Source: Callorhinchus milii
Lineage: Eukaryota
Direction: 5' to 3'
NCBI RefSeq assembly: GCF_018977255.1
Contig: NW_024704743.1
Span: 100,070,001 to 100,130,000 of the forward strand
DNA: 60,000 nt
A program made the position numbers and the translations under genes. Numbering within the stretch: the stretch's first letter is position 1; each line of letters starts with the position of its first letter. Positions 25,733-37,440 of this stretch are shown one piece after another. The notes beneath the pieces are model-generated. The model had not been told where the DNA came from, did no database searches, and worked only from the letters and a program-made list of their open reading frames with translations.

Positions 25733-28244
25733 TAAGAAATCTATATATAGCTTTGAGTGTTTTCTTTCCATTGAATGACTAACTTAAAAATAAAACTTGG
25801 CACCTGTCATAATATTTGAAGTTGCAAAATTTGTGATGTAACTCTACTGCAAGTTGGAATTGACTTCTTCTGCAGAATCAAAGACACCTGTGTCATCAAA
25901 GGGATTGACTGGTGTCAGGAGAGAACACTGCATTGTTGAAGATGCCGTCCTTCAGATAATATGTTAAACTAAGATCCTGTCCAATTGTACTAATCAAAAA
26001 GGAAATAAAGTACTGTATTTCCTGGTGTCTTACTAACAATCCAACAAATTAATCATTCACTTTATAGCTGCTTGTTGTACTTTCCATATGCACAAATTGG
26101 CTGCTGTGCTTGCCTTCAAAAAAACAGCCACTATACACTTGGCAGCAATTACTCTAAAGTGCTTTGAAACATTTCAACATGTTCCCTTCCTCCCATGTTT
26201 TAAAGTAGAGATAATCTATGATCTATTTCCATTGCCCTTGTTGTCAGTGCCTATTAAATGTGACTGTTTTGGTGATGAACACTTTCAGAGGGCAGGTCTA
26301 CTATCAAGTTTTGATTATTCTGAGAAGATTTATACATTGACCAGCAGAAACGGGCAGTAGAGTCACCCATTTCAGAGTTATAATCATAATCCTTGCAATT
26401 GAGTTGGAGAAGCAAGTTTGACACCACTCTGGATTCACCCCAGTGCCAGTTAAAATGTTCTTCAGAGTGGTTCACTGAACTGCCCTCATTTTTAATACTA
26501 AAATGTAACTGGAATTTGAATGACAGTGTCAGACCTCAAGCATGTAAATGTCCTTTATTAGAGTAATAATTTCATATCTACCTAGTTTAGCTCTAATTTT
26601 AAGATTGCATCTGATCGTTACGATTGTTGTTGCTATTTGTGCTGGATACAGGGGATTCTTTTAACACTATGCTTCAGCTTTGTCCACATCGAGGTCACTG
26701 GGGAGCTGCCAGTATAATTCCTGGTTCTAGCTCACACTAGTACATTCTCGCTACCTCTTCAATGCTAGGCATGAATGCACAGCATTGATGCAACATAATA
26801 GGTATCAGAGTGTTGAAAATTATCTAATAATCTGTTTGATGCAGTCTTCCTCCTGGATCTCAATTAAAAGCAAATATCTCCATGTTATTAAACACTTAAC
26901 TGGGACCAGGTGGCTCTTGATTGGAAATCAAGGTGAGTCCATTCATCCCTTTACTCTTTCAGGTCAATAAAATGAGTAAACTGAGTATTCCTGTGTCCAA
27001 ATATCCTCCTTTAGAGCCAGGTAAGTGAAGATCCGAAAATGTCTTTGAGGCGAGACTATCATGTTGATGGTTGACCAGCCTGCCTGGCTCATCAATAAGA
27101 CTTGAAAGTGTAGACATGTTCCCAACCCTTGTGAACCAAAACTCCAACCAGTAAAGTGCTAGTTTAGCAAGTAATTAAAGCTAACCAGTAGCTCTTACTG
27201 GTACTCATTTCTGCTTCACTGACAAAAATACTTCACAGTGAATCACTTTCAATGGAATTTAAAAAGTCATAGAGAATAAATAAGCTCCTCTGTCAATATG
27301 CATTTCTTCTTAGATACATTTAGATATATGGTGGTGGGTCACAATCCCCCCAGATAAAATTGCTCATTCACTTCACAGCAGTTTGTGGGATACTTCTGTG
27401 TATGATTGCTTACAAATACAGTCACTACCCTTTACAGTAAAATGAAGTGCTTTGAAATGTCTTGAAGATGTGATAAGGAACTGTCCCAAATGCCAGAATG
27501 ATTATATAATGTAATTATTAACAAAAATAATTGACCAGTGATTCTGGAAGGAGTGAACTGTGGATTGCTAAAAGCTAAATATCTTTGCAAATAAAAATAG
27601 CTATAAATACTGTATACTGATCTCAGAAGGACACCCAGTGTAACAGATTCTTTTTTCACACCAGCTATCCTGATGACTTCTGTGACTGAGCCTATATACT
27701 TAACCATTTCAAAAGCCCTTTATTGCCAATGAAGGCCAAGCTCAGATCCACTGGGCCCACATGGAAGCTGTTTGCAAATAGCTCTTCAATGCACCAGATG
27801 GGTCTGATATAGAAGTTCTCAAAATAGTATTAAGAACATAGGAACAGAGGACCTTTCAGCCCATTGAGCCTGTTCCATCAGTTTATTAAATCTGATCTTT
27901 AAATCCAATTTCCTTGCATTTTCAACATATCGGCTAAGATATTTTATTTCTCCAGTATCTACCTTTTAAAGATCCCAGAACTTTGGGACATCCTCCCGAC
28001 ATGAAAGGCGCTATACAAATGTAATTTTGTTGTTCTATTGTACAGACTTCTGAAGAGTGGATATCATATTTTCATAACTCTTTGTGTCAAGAAACACTTT
28101 CTGTTTTCATTTCTACCTAGTTTAGCTCTAATTTTAAGATTGCATCCGATTGTTACTGATTGTTGTTACTACTTGTGCTGGATACAGGGGATTCTTTTCT
28201 CATTTTGCATTCTTTGTTTTAAAAAAAATATCTTCAGACAGTCA

Positions 28245-28997
28245 ACCTCACTAAGCCAGTCAGGAACCTGGGTATCTTGTTTGACCTTGAACTGTCCTTT
28301 CTCCCCCACATCCGCGCCATGCCTGGCACTGCCTACCACCACCTCTGCAATATTGCCAGACTCCGCCACTGCCTCACCCCTCAGGCTGCCGAAACCTTCA
28401 CCCATGCATTCGTCACCTTAAGGCTCGATTACGGGAACTCCCTCCTCATCGGCCTTCCCAACTCTTCCTTTCACAAGCTGCAGATCATCCCAAACTCTGC
28501 AGCTCATGTAATCTCACGCACCAGGCTCTGTGACCCCATCACTCCCACCCTCACCCGAATCCACTGGTTCCCCATCCCCCAGAGGATCGAGTTCAAGATC
28601 CTCATCCTCACCTTTAAGGCCATCCATGGCCTTGCCCCCTCCTACCTCTCTGACCTGCTGACTCCCTACGAACCTGCCCACTCCCTCCATTCATCGGGCT
28701 CCGGCCTGCTCCATGTCTTCTGCCCTACCATCGGTGGCTGGGCTTTCAGCCTCTCTGCCCCACACTCTGGAACTCCATCCCACGGTCCCTTCGCATCGCT
28801 TCCTCCCTTGCCTCCTTCAAGGTCGGTCTCAAGACCTTTCTCTTCGACCGTGCCTTTGGTCGCCTTCCCACCTCTCTGCCTTCCCTCACTTCTACACCAC
28901 CCCTCCCCCATGCTTGGGCTCCGACACCTGACTGTTCAGCGCTTTGGGACATCCTCCCAACGTGAAAGGCGCTCTATAAATGTAATTTTGTTGTTGT
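28245..28997 (+). mobile_element. L2 LINE 3' fragment
   Basis: [14 protein letters not shown]...RLDYGNSLL...; L2 tail. Confidence 0.92.
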
Positions 28998-30649
28998 AGA
29001 ACATAAACAAGAGTTCATTGGAATCCAATCCTACTACATCTGCATAGTTTTGAACGATATTTCACCGGATTTCTAGAATGACCCTATAAGCAAACCTCTG
29101 GGGTAAATATTTTCTTAGCATTAAGTGTAACATGTTTCATGATGCATGTTTAGAAAGGGAATGTCATCATTAGATGAAAAGGAAGGGAGTTTCTCCCAGT
29201 GTTGTGGCCAACAATCCCAGATAAAATTTGTCATTCATTTCATGGCTTTTTTTGAACATTGTGTGCTTATGGACTGCTTCATTTGCCTACAAATACAAAG
29301 CCACTAGCCTTCACAGTAAAATACTGTAAATAGCTTTGAGGACATCTCAATAAGGCACATCAAATGCTAGGATTTTTTATAGAGGTATTATTAGAGTTTT
29401 ACAGGTACTTAACAGCAAAAGGAGTTACCTTCAATTTTTCAAATTTCCAAACAACTGAATGTTGTTTCCTAAACTACCAAATGTAACTGGAAATGGGGAA
29501 TAATAATAATTCTTGCATTTGATATAGTGCTTTTTCACGTCCTTGAGATGTCTCAAAGCGCTTCATAGAATATACTGTAGAGTGAATTGACTGTATATTT
29601 TGTGGGCTGCTCAGGTACCACTTGTATGCGTTCGTGAAAATAAGAACCAAGACTATCAAGGCAAAGTTGTGTTCATTTATTTTTTCTGTTTTTTTTCCCC
29701 TTTCTATAGTCAGGGCAAAACACATGTATAATAGTGTGTGTGTTGTTACCATTTGTGCTTCAGTTAGTGAAAATGGTTCATAAATCTATTATTGAATTTG
29801 TTATATGGTTTAGATCAGATTTGGCTATTGTCCAAGCAAAGACAAGTGCTGGCACTGCAAACATACTGTAGAAAGCATCAGTTGCATTTATGGCATCATT
29901 TCAAAAATCAAGTTATAGAACTAAATGAGATGTAGCTACTCATTGACAATATCAGACAAATTGTGATATTAGTTTTATCATCACTGAGTAACAAATGCAA
30001 TACGTTATTAGTAATTGGAAATGAGAAGAACTACAATTCATTGTAGTTTATAAGTACAGCATTCTAAATACACATTATACTTGCACTACACTCTTTCAAA
30101 TATGCCTTTTTATTGAAATGAAATTGTAAGATTTTGGAATTTGAAACATTTTTGCTTAGGTAATTGAGTTTTTTTGCAAGATGGTTGATCACTTAAATGT
30201 TTTACAAGCTATTAGCATTGAACCTAAAATATCTGTAAGTCTCAACTGAAATTTATGAAACACAGTACAGCAAACATTTAATAACACAACACAAATATGA
30301 TTTGATAGCTCTGAAAGGATTTACAGTGTATCTTAAAACAGCAGGAAATATAATGTGTGTATATTTGCTGTCAGTAATGTGTGAATAAAGTAGATTCCTT
30401 GAGATACTGATACAAAGTATCAATTAAGTACATTTTCAGAATTGCTCACTCTCTCATAAAGATTTTCAAAATGGTTTACATAATTGCCCATTTTTAATTT
30501 GCAATTTTTTTTACTGTTCTATTAAGGTTTGCTACTATTTCATTATGCTGTTAGATTAGTGTGTTTAAGTGTGTATTCTTCCCTGTTCAATTTTAATTGA
30601 ATTAAAATTGTAAATGGCGACTCACACCAGCATTGCATAAATCCAGTTT

Positions 30650-31243
30650 AACAACAGCAAGATTACATTTGTATGGTGCCTTTCATGTCGGGAGGATGTC
30701 CCAAGGCGCTGGACAGAGTACAGCATTTCAGACTCGAGCTGGAGTCAGGGGGGAGAGAAGGAAGGGGAGGGGAAGTGGGGTGGTCGATGGCATGGTCGAA
30801 GAGGAGGGTCTTGAGGCGAGACTTGAAGGAGGCTAAGTAGGGGGAGAGGTGGAATGATTGGGGGATGGAATTCCAGAGGTTGGGGGCAGAGTGGCTGAAG
30901 GTTCTCCCGCCAATGGTGGGGCAGGTGGGTCGGGGGATGTGGAGCAGGCCAGAGCCGGCTGAGTGGAGGGAATGGGTGGGTTGGTAGGAGGTTAGGAGGT
31001 TGCAGAGATAGGGTGGGGTGAGGCCATGGAGGGCTTTGTATGTGAGGACCAGGATGCTGAACTGGATCCTGTGGAGGATAAGGAGCCAGTGGAGTCGGGG
31101 GAGATGGGGTCACGGAGTTTGGTGCGGGAGAGGACATGGGCTGCAGAGTTCTGGATTATCTGCAGCCTGTGGAGGGAGGAGTTGGGAAGGCCAACAAGCA
31201 GGGCATTTACATAGTCGAGCCTGGAGGTGATGAAGGCATGAAC
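30650..31243 (-). mobile_element. L2 LINE 3' fragment
   Basis: VHAFITSRLDYVNALL on the minus strand; tail at 30650-30710. Confidence 0.9.
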
Positions 31244-32132
31244 GCCCATCACAAAGACGGTGCTTGTCAAATCTACTGATCTAGCATAATGTAAGGTGAT
31301 GAAATACAGATTCACCCAATGTCTCAGAATTGAACTCTATTGGGGATAGAAACTCCATCTAGGTCTAGATTTATTCTATTAACTTAATATTTCAGAATAC
31401 ACAGAATTTTGCAAATTGCTGAATTCAGCTTTAATTTTGAAGCCCGTTTTCTATCTGAAATGCAATGTTGATGTTGTAAATATAGATGCAGATGTAATTT
31501 CTACCCACAAATGCATTGCTAGTTCTGTACCATTTTTAAAATCATCTTTCATATATCCTTTCTGTGTGTCTCACTGCATCTCTCTATCCGACTATTCTCT
31601 CAATCATTCCGCTTTCTCACCCTGGAACCTGATTGGATCTGTTTCTTCTTGCCCTATACAAGACTGTAGTGACGCTTCTTCTTTCTCCTGGGAGATGACT
31701 TTGCCTAGCTTTTGTTTGCTGTCTGCCAAGTTCAACATTGTCTCCTCATCTGTGCTTGGGATATTCATTGGACTCGATGTTTCTTCAGTTGCAATATGCT
31801 CTTCGACACATGGATTCATCAATTCTGCAACTATCAGAGATCACAGGCACAATCAGTGATTGTATCTTAACAGATATTTTAGTACAAATTCTACACTGTA
31901 GATTCCGTGAAGACAGGCACATTTGAGATGTTCCTGAGAATTAAGGTAGTTTAAATAAAAGCTTTTCACCAAATAAAATTTACAGTTAGAATCTTTTTAC
32001 ATGAACTTCCGTCAATGGCTCAGAATGTTAATGGTCCATGTATTGTGTAGAACAATTCAGACGTGGGTAATGGGTTCTTGGCCTCATTGAAATTAATTGA
32101 TCTCATATGGTTTGGAAGCAGTAGTCCTACAC

Positions 32133-32440
32133 GTGGAGTCCTGTAGCTCAGTGGTTAGAGCACTCGCCTTGCAAGCGAGAGACCTGTGTTTGATTCCTGG
32201 CAGAGTGAAATGTTGGACAAGTTTCCTTACTCCACATGCCTCTGTTTACCTAGCAGTAAGTAAAATCCTGGTTGTTAGTCGATTGGCGGATCGTTTTTCT
32301 GGTGGTAGTAATTCTTGAAAAAAATAATAATAATTGGTCACTTCAATCCACGACTGTTTGTGGGACACTGCTGTGTGCAATTGGTTGCCGTGTTTCACCC
32401 ACAAAATATACAGTTAATTCACTTTACAGTATATTCTGTG
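32133..32440 (+). mobile_element. tRNA-headed SINE, long-body subfamily
   Basis: Carries the extra segment gcctctgtttacctagcagtaagt...gttagtcgattggc. Confidence 0.9.
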
Positions 32441-33899
32441 ATTATTATGTGAACTGTGTCCTTGAGATATGCAGAGAGAAAAAAAAGTTTTCACTGTTGA
32501 CCATTACCCATTAACCTACGCAGAAAAATGGTGTATGTGACAAAGACAGTATTCAGCTTTGGTGTAATAATTCCCACGGTTGAATAGCCTGCTGACACTC
32601 ACTATCTAGGCTCACATATAAAAACTGATCATCTGGATGAGTTTCTAGAAAGCTGTCAGCACCTCTGCACCTGTGTTACAGCAAAGAATGACACCATCAG
32701 GAGAGGAGGAGAGAATAGGGGAGAAAATTAGACAAAAAAAACCTTAATTTTATTTTAGGGGCACCATCTGTAAAGGGAAAAAAAGGACAAAGCACTGGAA
32801 TAATTGCTTAGAAAATAGGATACTGCATTGTATAGGGACAACAGATGTCCAAATGAACAAAACAAAGTTGAGTCGAACCTGTCCTATGATTTCTTTGAAT
32901 GGGTTTAGTTTTGGCGTTTGTATTTCCTTGAAATAAATCTCCTTATAGAATAAGCTTATTGTATTCTTATTTTCCCCATAAACTGTCTGCCTTAATTTTT
33001 TCATCTATTTTTATACATCCTCTCTTATTCTTAAAATTCTATGTATTGCATTAATGTGCTGTCATGTGTATGCTTGCCTCTGAATCAGAAGGCTATGAGC
33101 TCAAAACCCACAGTGGAGTGCTTTGTTAAACTTTGTCCCAGCTTGCTGTTTAGGTGGATGTTAAAGATCCCATGGCACGACTTGAAAAGAAGATGGAGTT
33201 TCTCTCGGTGTCTGAGCTAACAATACCCCAAATAAAAATTAGTCATTTGCTTCATGGTTGTTTGTGGGATATTGCTGTTTGCAAATTGGTTGCTGCATTC
33301 AATTATACAGTCATTAAATTTTGCACTAAAGCTGTGAAGTGCTTCGAGTCATCCTCTTGATTTTATTACAACAAAGTGCATTTGTTAATAAATTATCTGA
33401 GAGATATTTGCTGTTAATAAAAGTAACAGTTTCTCACCTTCACCTCTATCCACAACAGTTACTTGTTTTGCTGTGTCTTTAGTAATTGTCTCATGAACGT
33501 TCCCAGTAGCATCAGCAACATATAGGGCCATACAGAGCTCTCCATGGGCCTGGACAACAATCACCTGGCAAATCAGAAGGATTAATAACTGGTCACAAAA
33601 TAAACCATTCTCAGCATAATCCAAGTAAGAATACGGGTTTAACAAAGCTATTCTATCTGCCCTACCATCAGCAGCTGGGATTTCAGCCTTTCAGCACCCA
33701 CTTTCTGGAACTACATTCTGGAGTCCCTCTGACTCCCTCACTCCATTCAATGTCTGTCTCTACCTCTTTGATCGAGCTTTCAATCACCTTTACCCTCCCT
33801 CTGCTCTCGGCTTAGAGGCCAAGCTAGGAACGTTAAGCACTTTGGGACACCTTCTTGCCAGGGAAGGTGCTGTATACTTATGTGTAAATTTCTATTGTG

Positions 33900-34285
33900 T
33901 CTTATTGATCTTATAGAAACCTATAAGATTCTTAAGGGTCTTGACAGGGTAGATGCTGTAAGCTATTTCCCCAGGTCGGAGAATCTAAAACTGGGGGTCA
34001 TAGCCTCAAGATTAAGGGTCAGCCTTTTCAAGCTGAGTTGAAACATTACTCAGAGGATAGTGAATTTGTGGAATTCTCTACCCCAGAAGGCGGTGGATGC
34101 TCAGTCCTTGAACATATTCAAGGCTGAGGTTGATAGCTTTCTAAAGGTCAGAAGGATTAAGGAATATGGGGATAGGGAGGGTAAATGGAATTAGGTTAGA
34201 AGATCAGCCATTATATTATTAAATAGCGGGGCAGGCTCGAGGGGCCGAATGGCCTACTCCTGCTTCTACGTTTTATGATCTTATG
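33900..34285 (+). mobile_element. CR1 LINE 3' end
   Basis: gggccgaatggcctactcctgct...(tcttatg) tail, preceded by CR1 ORF2 C-terminal remnants. Confidence 0.85.
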
Positions 34286-34301
34286 GTAAAGCGGTCTTAT
34301 G

Positions 34302-34678
34302 GTGGAGTCCTGTAGCTCAGTGGTTAGAGCACTCGCCTGGGTTCAATTCCAGGCAGGGCGAAACCTTGGGCAAGTTTCCTTACTCCACACGCCTAATAAT
34401 AATCCCTCCAAAAACATAAAACAATAATACATTGGTCATTTTCAATCTACGACTGTTTGTGGGACATTGCTGTGCGCAATTGGCTGCCGCGTTCACCCAC
34501 AAATATACAGTCAATTCACTTTACAGTGTGTTCTGTGAAGCGCTTTGGGATGTCCTCCCGACGTGAAAAGCGCTATATCAAATGCAAGGATTATTATTAT
34601 TATTACTCTGTGAAGCACTTTGAGACGTCGAGAAGACGTGAAAAGCGCTATGTCAAATCCAAGAATTATTATTATTAT
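34302..34678 (+). mobile_element. SINE with anticodon-arm deletion and two tandem tails
   Basis: Head lacks tttgcaagcgagagac; tail repeated at about 34535-34605 and 34607-34678. Confidence 0.92.
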
Positions 34679-35119
34679 AAAGCCTATAGATTGGACAGCC
34701 AAATTGTCGTTCGCTAGATTGAAGTTTATATATTTTTTAAATAAAAATATTCTTTATACTATTTCAGGAAAAAAATATATTTTTAAATTTGCAGCAGGTT
34801 TGCCTCTTAAAAGGAGAAAAATGGCAAAAGGGAGATACAATACTACAGTACATCATTCACACAAGTTTACATTATGTCTACTGAGTAAATGTTACTGTAA
34901 CTAGAACACTGAGAAAAGGTTATTTTCCTTAAGATTTTAAGCAGATATTTGCCACACATCTGTATCTCTTTATGGTTTGTATCTTTATTTGATGTTCAAC
35001 AAGTCACTGCAATTGAAAAAGTGCTGATTGGAAAAAACAGGAGCACAAATGATACCTCAACACTGCAAAAAGCACCTCAGGATATAATGTATGGCTTCTG
35101 TAGAGAGGTCAACCTGAAT

Positions 35120-35272
35120 TATGCATTTATTGCATCTTGGCTGGACTACACCAACTCCCTGCTTGTCGGTATTCCCAACTTTTGGTCTTCCCAACTCCAT
35201 AAGTTGCACATCATCCAGAACTCTGCAGTTCGTGTACTCTCCCGCACCAGGGTCCATGACCCTATCACCCCC
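35120..35272 (+). mobile_element. L2 LINE internal fragment
   Basis: AFIASWLDYTNSLL...IIQNSAVRVLSRTRVHDPITP. Confidence 0.85.
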
Positions 35273-36439
35273 TGCTGTGACAGGAAGGATGGTAGGGTAG
35301 GTATTCTGGAAGGATTAAATCAAGTGGGCAAAAGGGTCTCATCTGAACTGATCTTGTAATGTTGTGACACTTAGTTCTGATCATGTCGAAGTCAAGGCTG
35401 GTTCAGTGTGATATACATGAGGTACCCTACAGGAAGTACACTTTACGTCCCAAGACACTTTTTCCTGCATGGAAGCACTATCCTGACAAGCACTCTCCAA
35501 CCTCAATGACGAATATAGTCACGAACAAACAACCTTGCTCCATTCTCTGAAAGTCATACACACAGACTTTAAATTGACAGACACAATTTAGAAACAATTA
35601 TAAAGGAAACTGGTATTTACAACCATTAATGATGTAGTGTTTTTTTGGCTGTGACCTCCTGCTAATTTCAGAACAATTTGATAGCTGGAATCAATCTACC
35701 ATTAATTTCTATTTCTGCACTGAGCTACAGCTGCATTGTTGCCCTTTTTTCCTATAAATTACTGGACCCTAGACGGAAAGCTAATTACTGTCACAAGCTA
35801 ATAGTTTCCTCTCAATCAGGTCAATGACAGGAGAACAAAGGCTGTTGATGTTATAATTCAGGCCAATCACTTGCTAATATATCTAGCCAGCAGAACAGGG
35901 GGTCATAGGTTCAGGGCCATTTTCAGATCAATTTTGCACAAAAGGTAATCGACAACTGGACTGAGTTTCTGAGAAAAGTGGTCGGGGCCAGGACTTTCTG
36001 CTTGCTGTACTTTCACAGTCAGAACCAATAACACACATATGCAACCCATGGAAATCACATCTTGTTACAAGCCGGACAATTGTGTAGTTCAACAGATTGC
36101 TAAAAATCAAGAAGTAAGATAAACGTTTATATTATCTGCTGGATTAACAAAACTAAAACTGGAAAACTAGCGACCTTGAGGATAAACTAGGCATGAAATG
36201 CTGAAGATGTCACTTCTTCAAACTCCAGTTGCTAATACGTTTTGGCCACATCCTGATGGAAAAACATTTTCCATAATAAATGTAGCACTGCATAACTGTG
36301 CCTGAAGTTTTCTTTCAAATTGACCAAAAAAAATACATTTTAAACTATACGCCTTGAAGTGCTTTGAGATGTCCATCTAATATGAAAGGTGCTATATCAA
36401 ATATTGTTATAACAGCAGTAAACTCCTCCCTCTAAAGGC

Positions 36440-36939
36440 CGCAGATCATCCGGAACTCTGCAGCTCGTGTCCTCTCCAGCACCAGGCTCCGTGAACTATT
36501 ACCCATTTCCTTGCCTGATTCCACTGGCTTCCCATCACACAGAGGATACAGTTCAAGATCCTGGTCCTCACCTTCAAAGCCCTCCATAGCCTTGCTTCCC
36601 CCTATCTCTGCAACCTCCTAACCCCCTACCATCCTGCCCATTCCTTCCATTCAGCAGGCTCCAGCCTGCTTCACGTCCCTCGCCTCTCTTGCCCCACCAT
36701 TAGCGGGAGGGCCGTCTGCCACTCTGCCCCTACCCTCTGGAACTCCATCCTGCAGTCCCTCCGCCTCACCCCCTCCCTCGCCGCCTGCAAGACCCATCTC
36801 AAGACTCTCCTCTTCGACCGTGCTTTCGATCACCCTCCTTCCCCTCCTGCCCTCCACTCTCCCTAATCCCAACCCCCAGCCTTGGGATGTCCTCCCGATG
36901 TGAATGTCGCTATACAAATGGAAATTTGTTGCTGTTGTT
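36440..36939 (+). mobile_element. L2 LINE 3' fragment
   Basis: Similar to the other L2 3' ends, tail present. Confidence 0.9.
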
Positions 36940-37218
36940 CCAATGTTCAAATAAAAGTAATGTTTCAAAACTCTTTTCAGAATAAGATGAATTAGAAAGG
37001 AAATGAAGGCACATTTTCTTCGCCTGTATTTTCTTTCTAATTCATCTCATTCTGATCGGCAAATGAGCAGCTACATTACCTCAACAAATTCCTACAAACA
37101 ACAATAAGATGATTAACCAATTCATTTGAATTTGAGGTTGAATGTGGATGAGCAAGGAATATAAAAGCATTTGTATAGCATATTTTTATCATTTCAAAAT
37201 GGTTCAAGGGCTTTAGAG

Positions 37219-37440
37219 CAGTGGTGGCTAACCTCTTTGGTGAGCCAAAAATATAAAATTTCTTGATTGAATATTTCTTCATTTATGGCCGCACCATCGG
37301 CATCGCCACTCAGTAGCTATTGGAAACAAGGCATTGATTTGGAATGGACTCACCTGGACTGATGCGAATGTTTGGTGGGTAACTTCTTGACGGCCCCGTG
37401 GGACACTTCTGACCGGTGGACCTTTGATGGGCTACCACTG
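37219..37440. mobile_element. hAT-like non-autonomous DNA transposon (MITE)
   Basis: TIRs CAGTGGTGGC / GCTACCACTG; degenerate 8-bp TSD CTTTAGAG / CTTCAAAG. Confidence 0.7.

Noticed and set aside
31416..31859. 147-aa plus-strand ORF
   Set aside because: It starts inside a repeat with a non-ATG codon, and its Ser/Phe/Ile-rich composition looks like the antisense shadow of a purine-rich minus strand.
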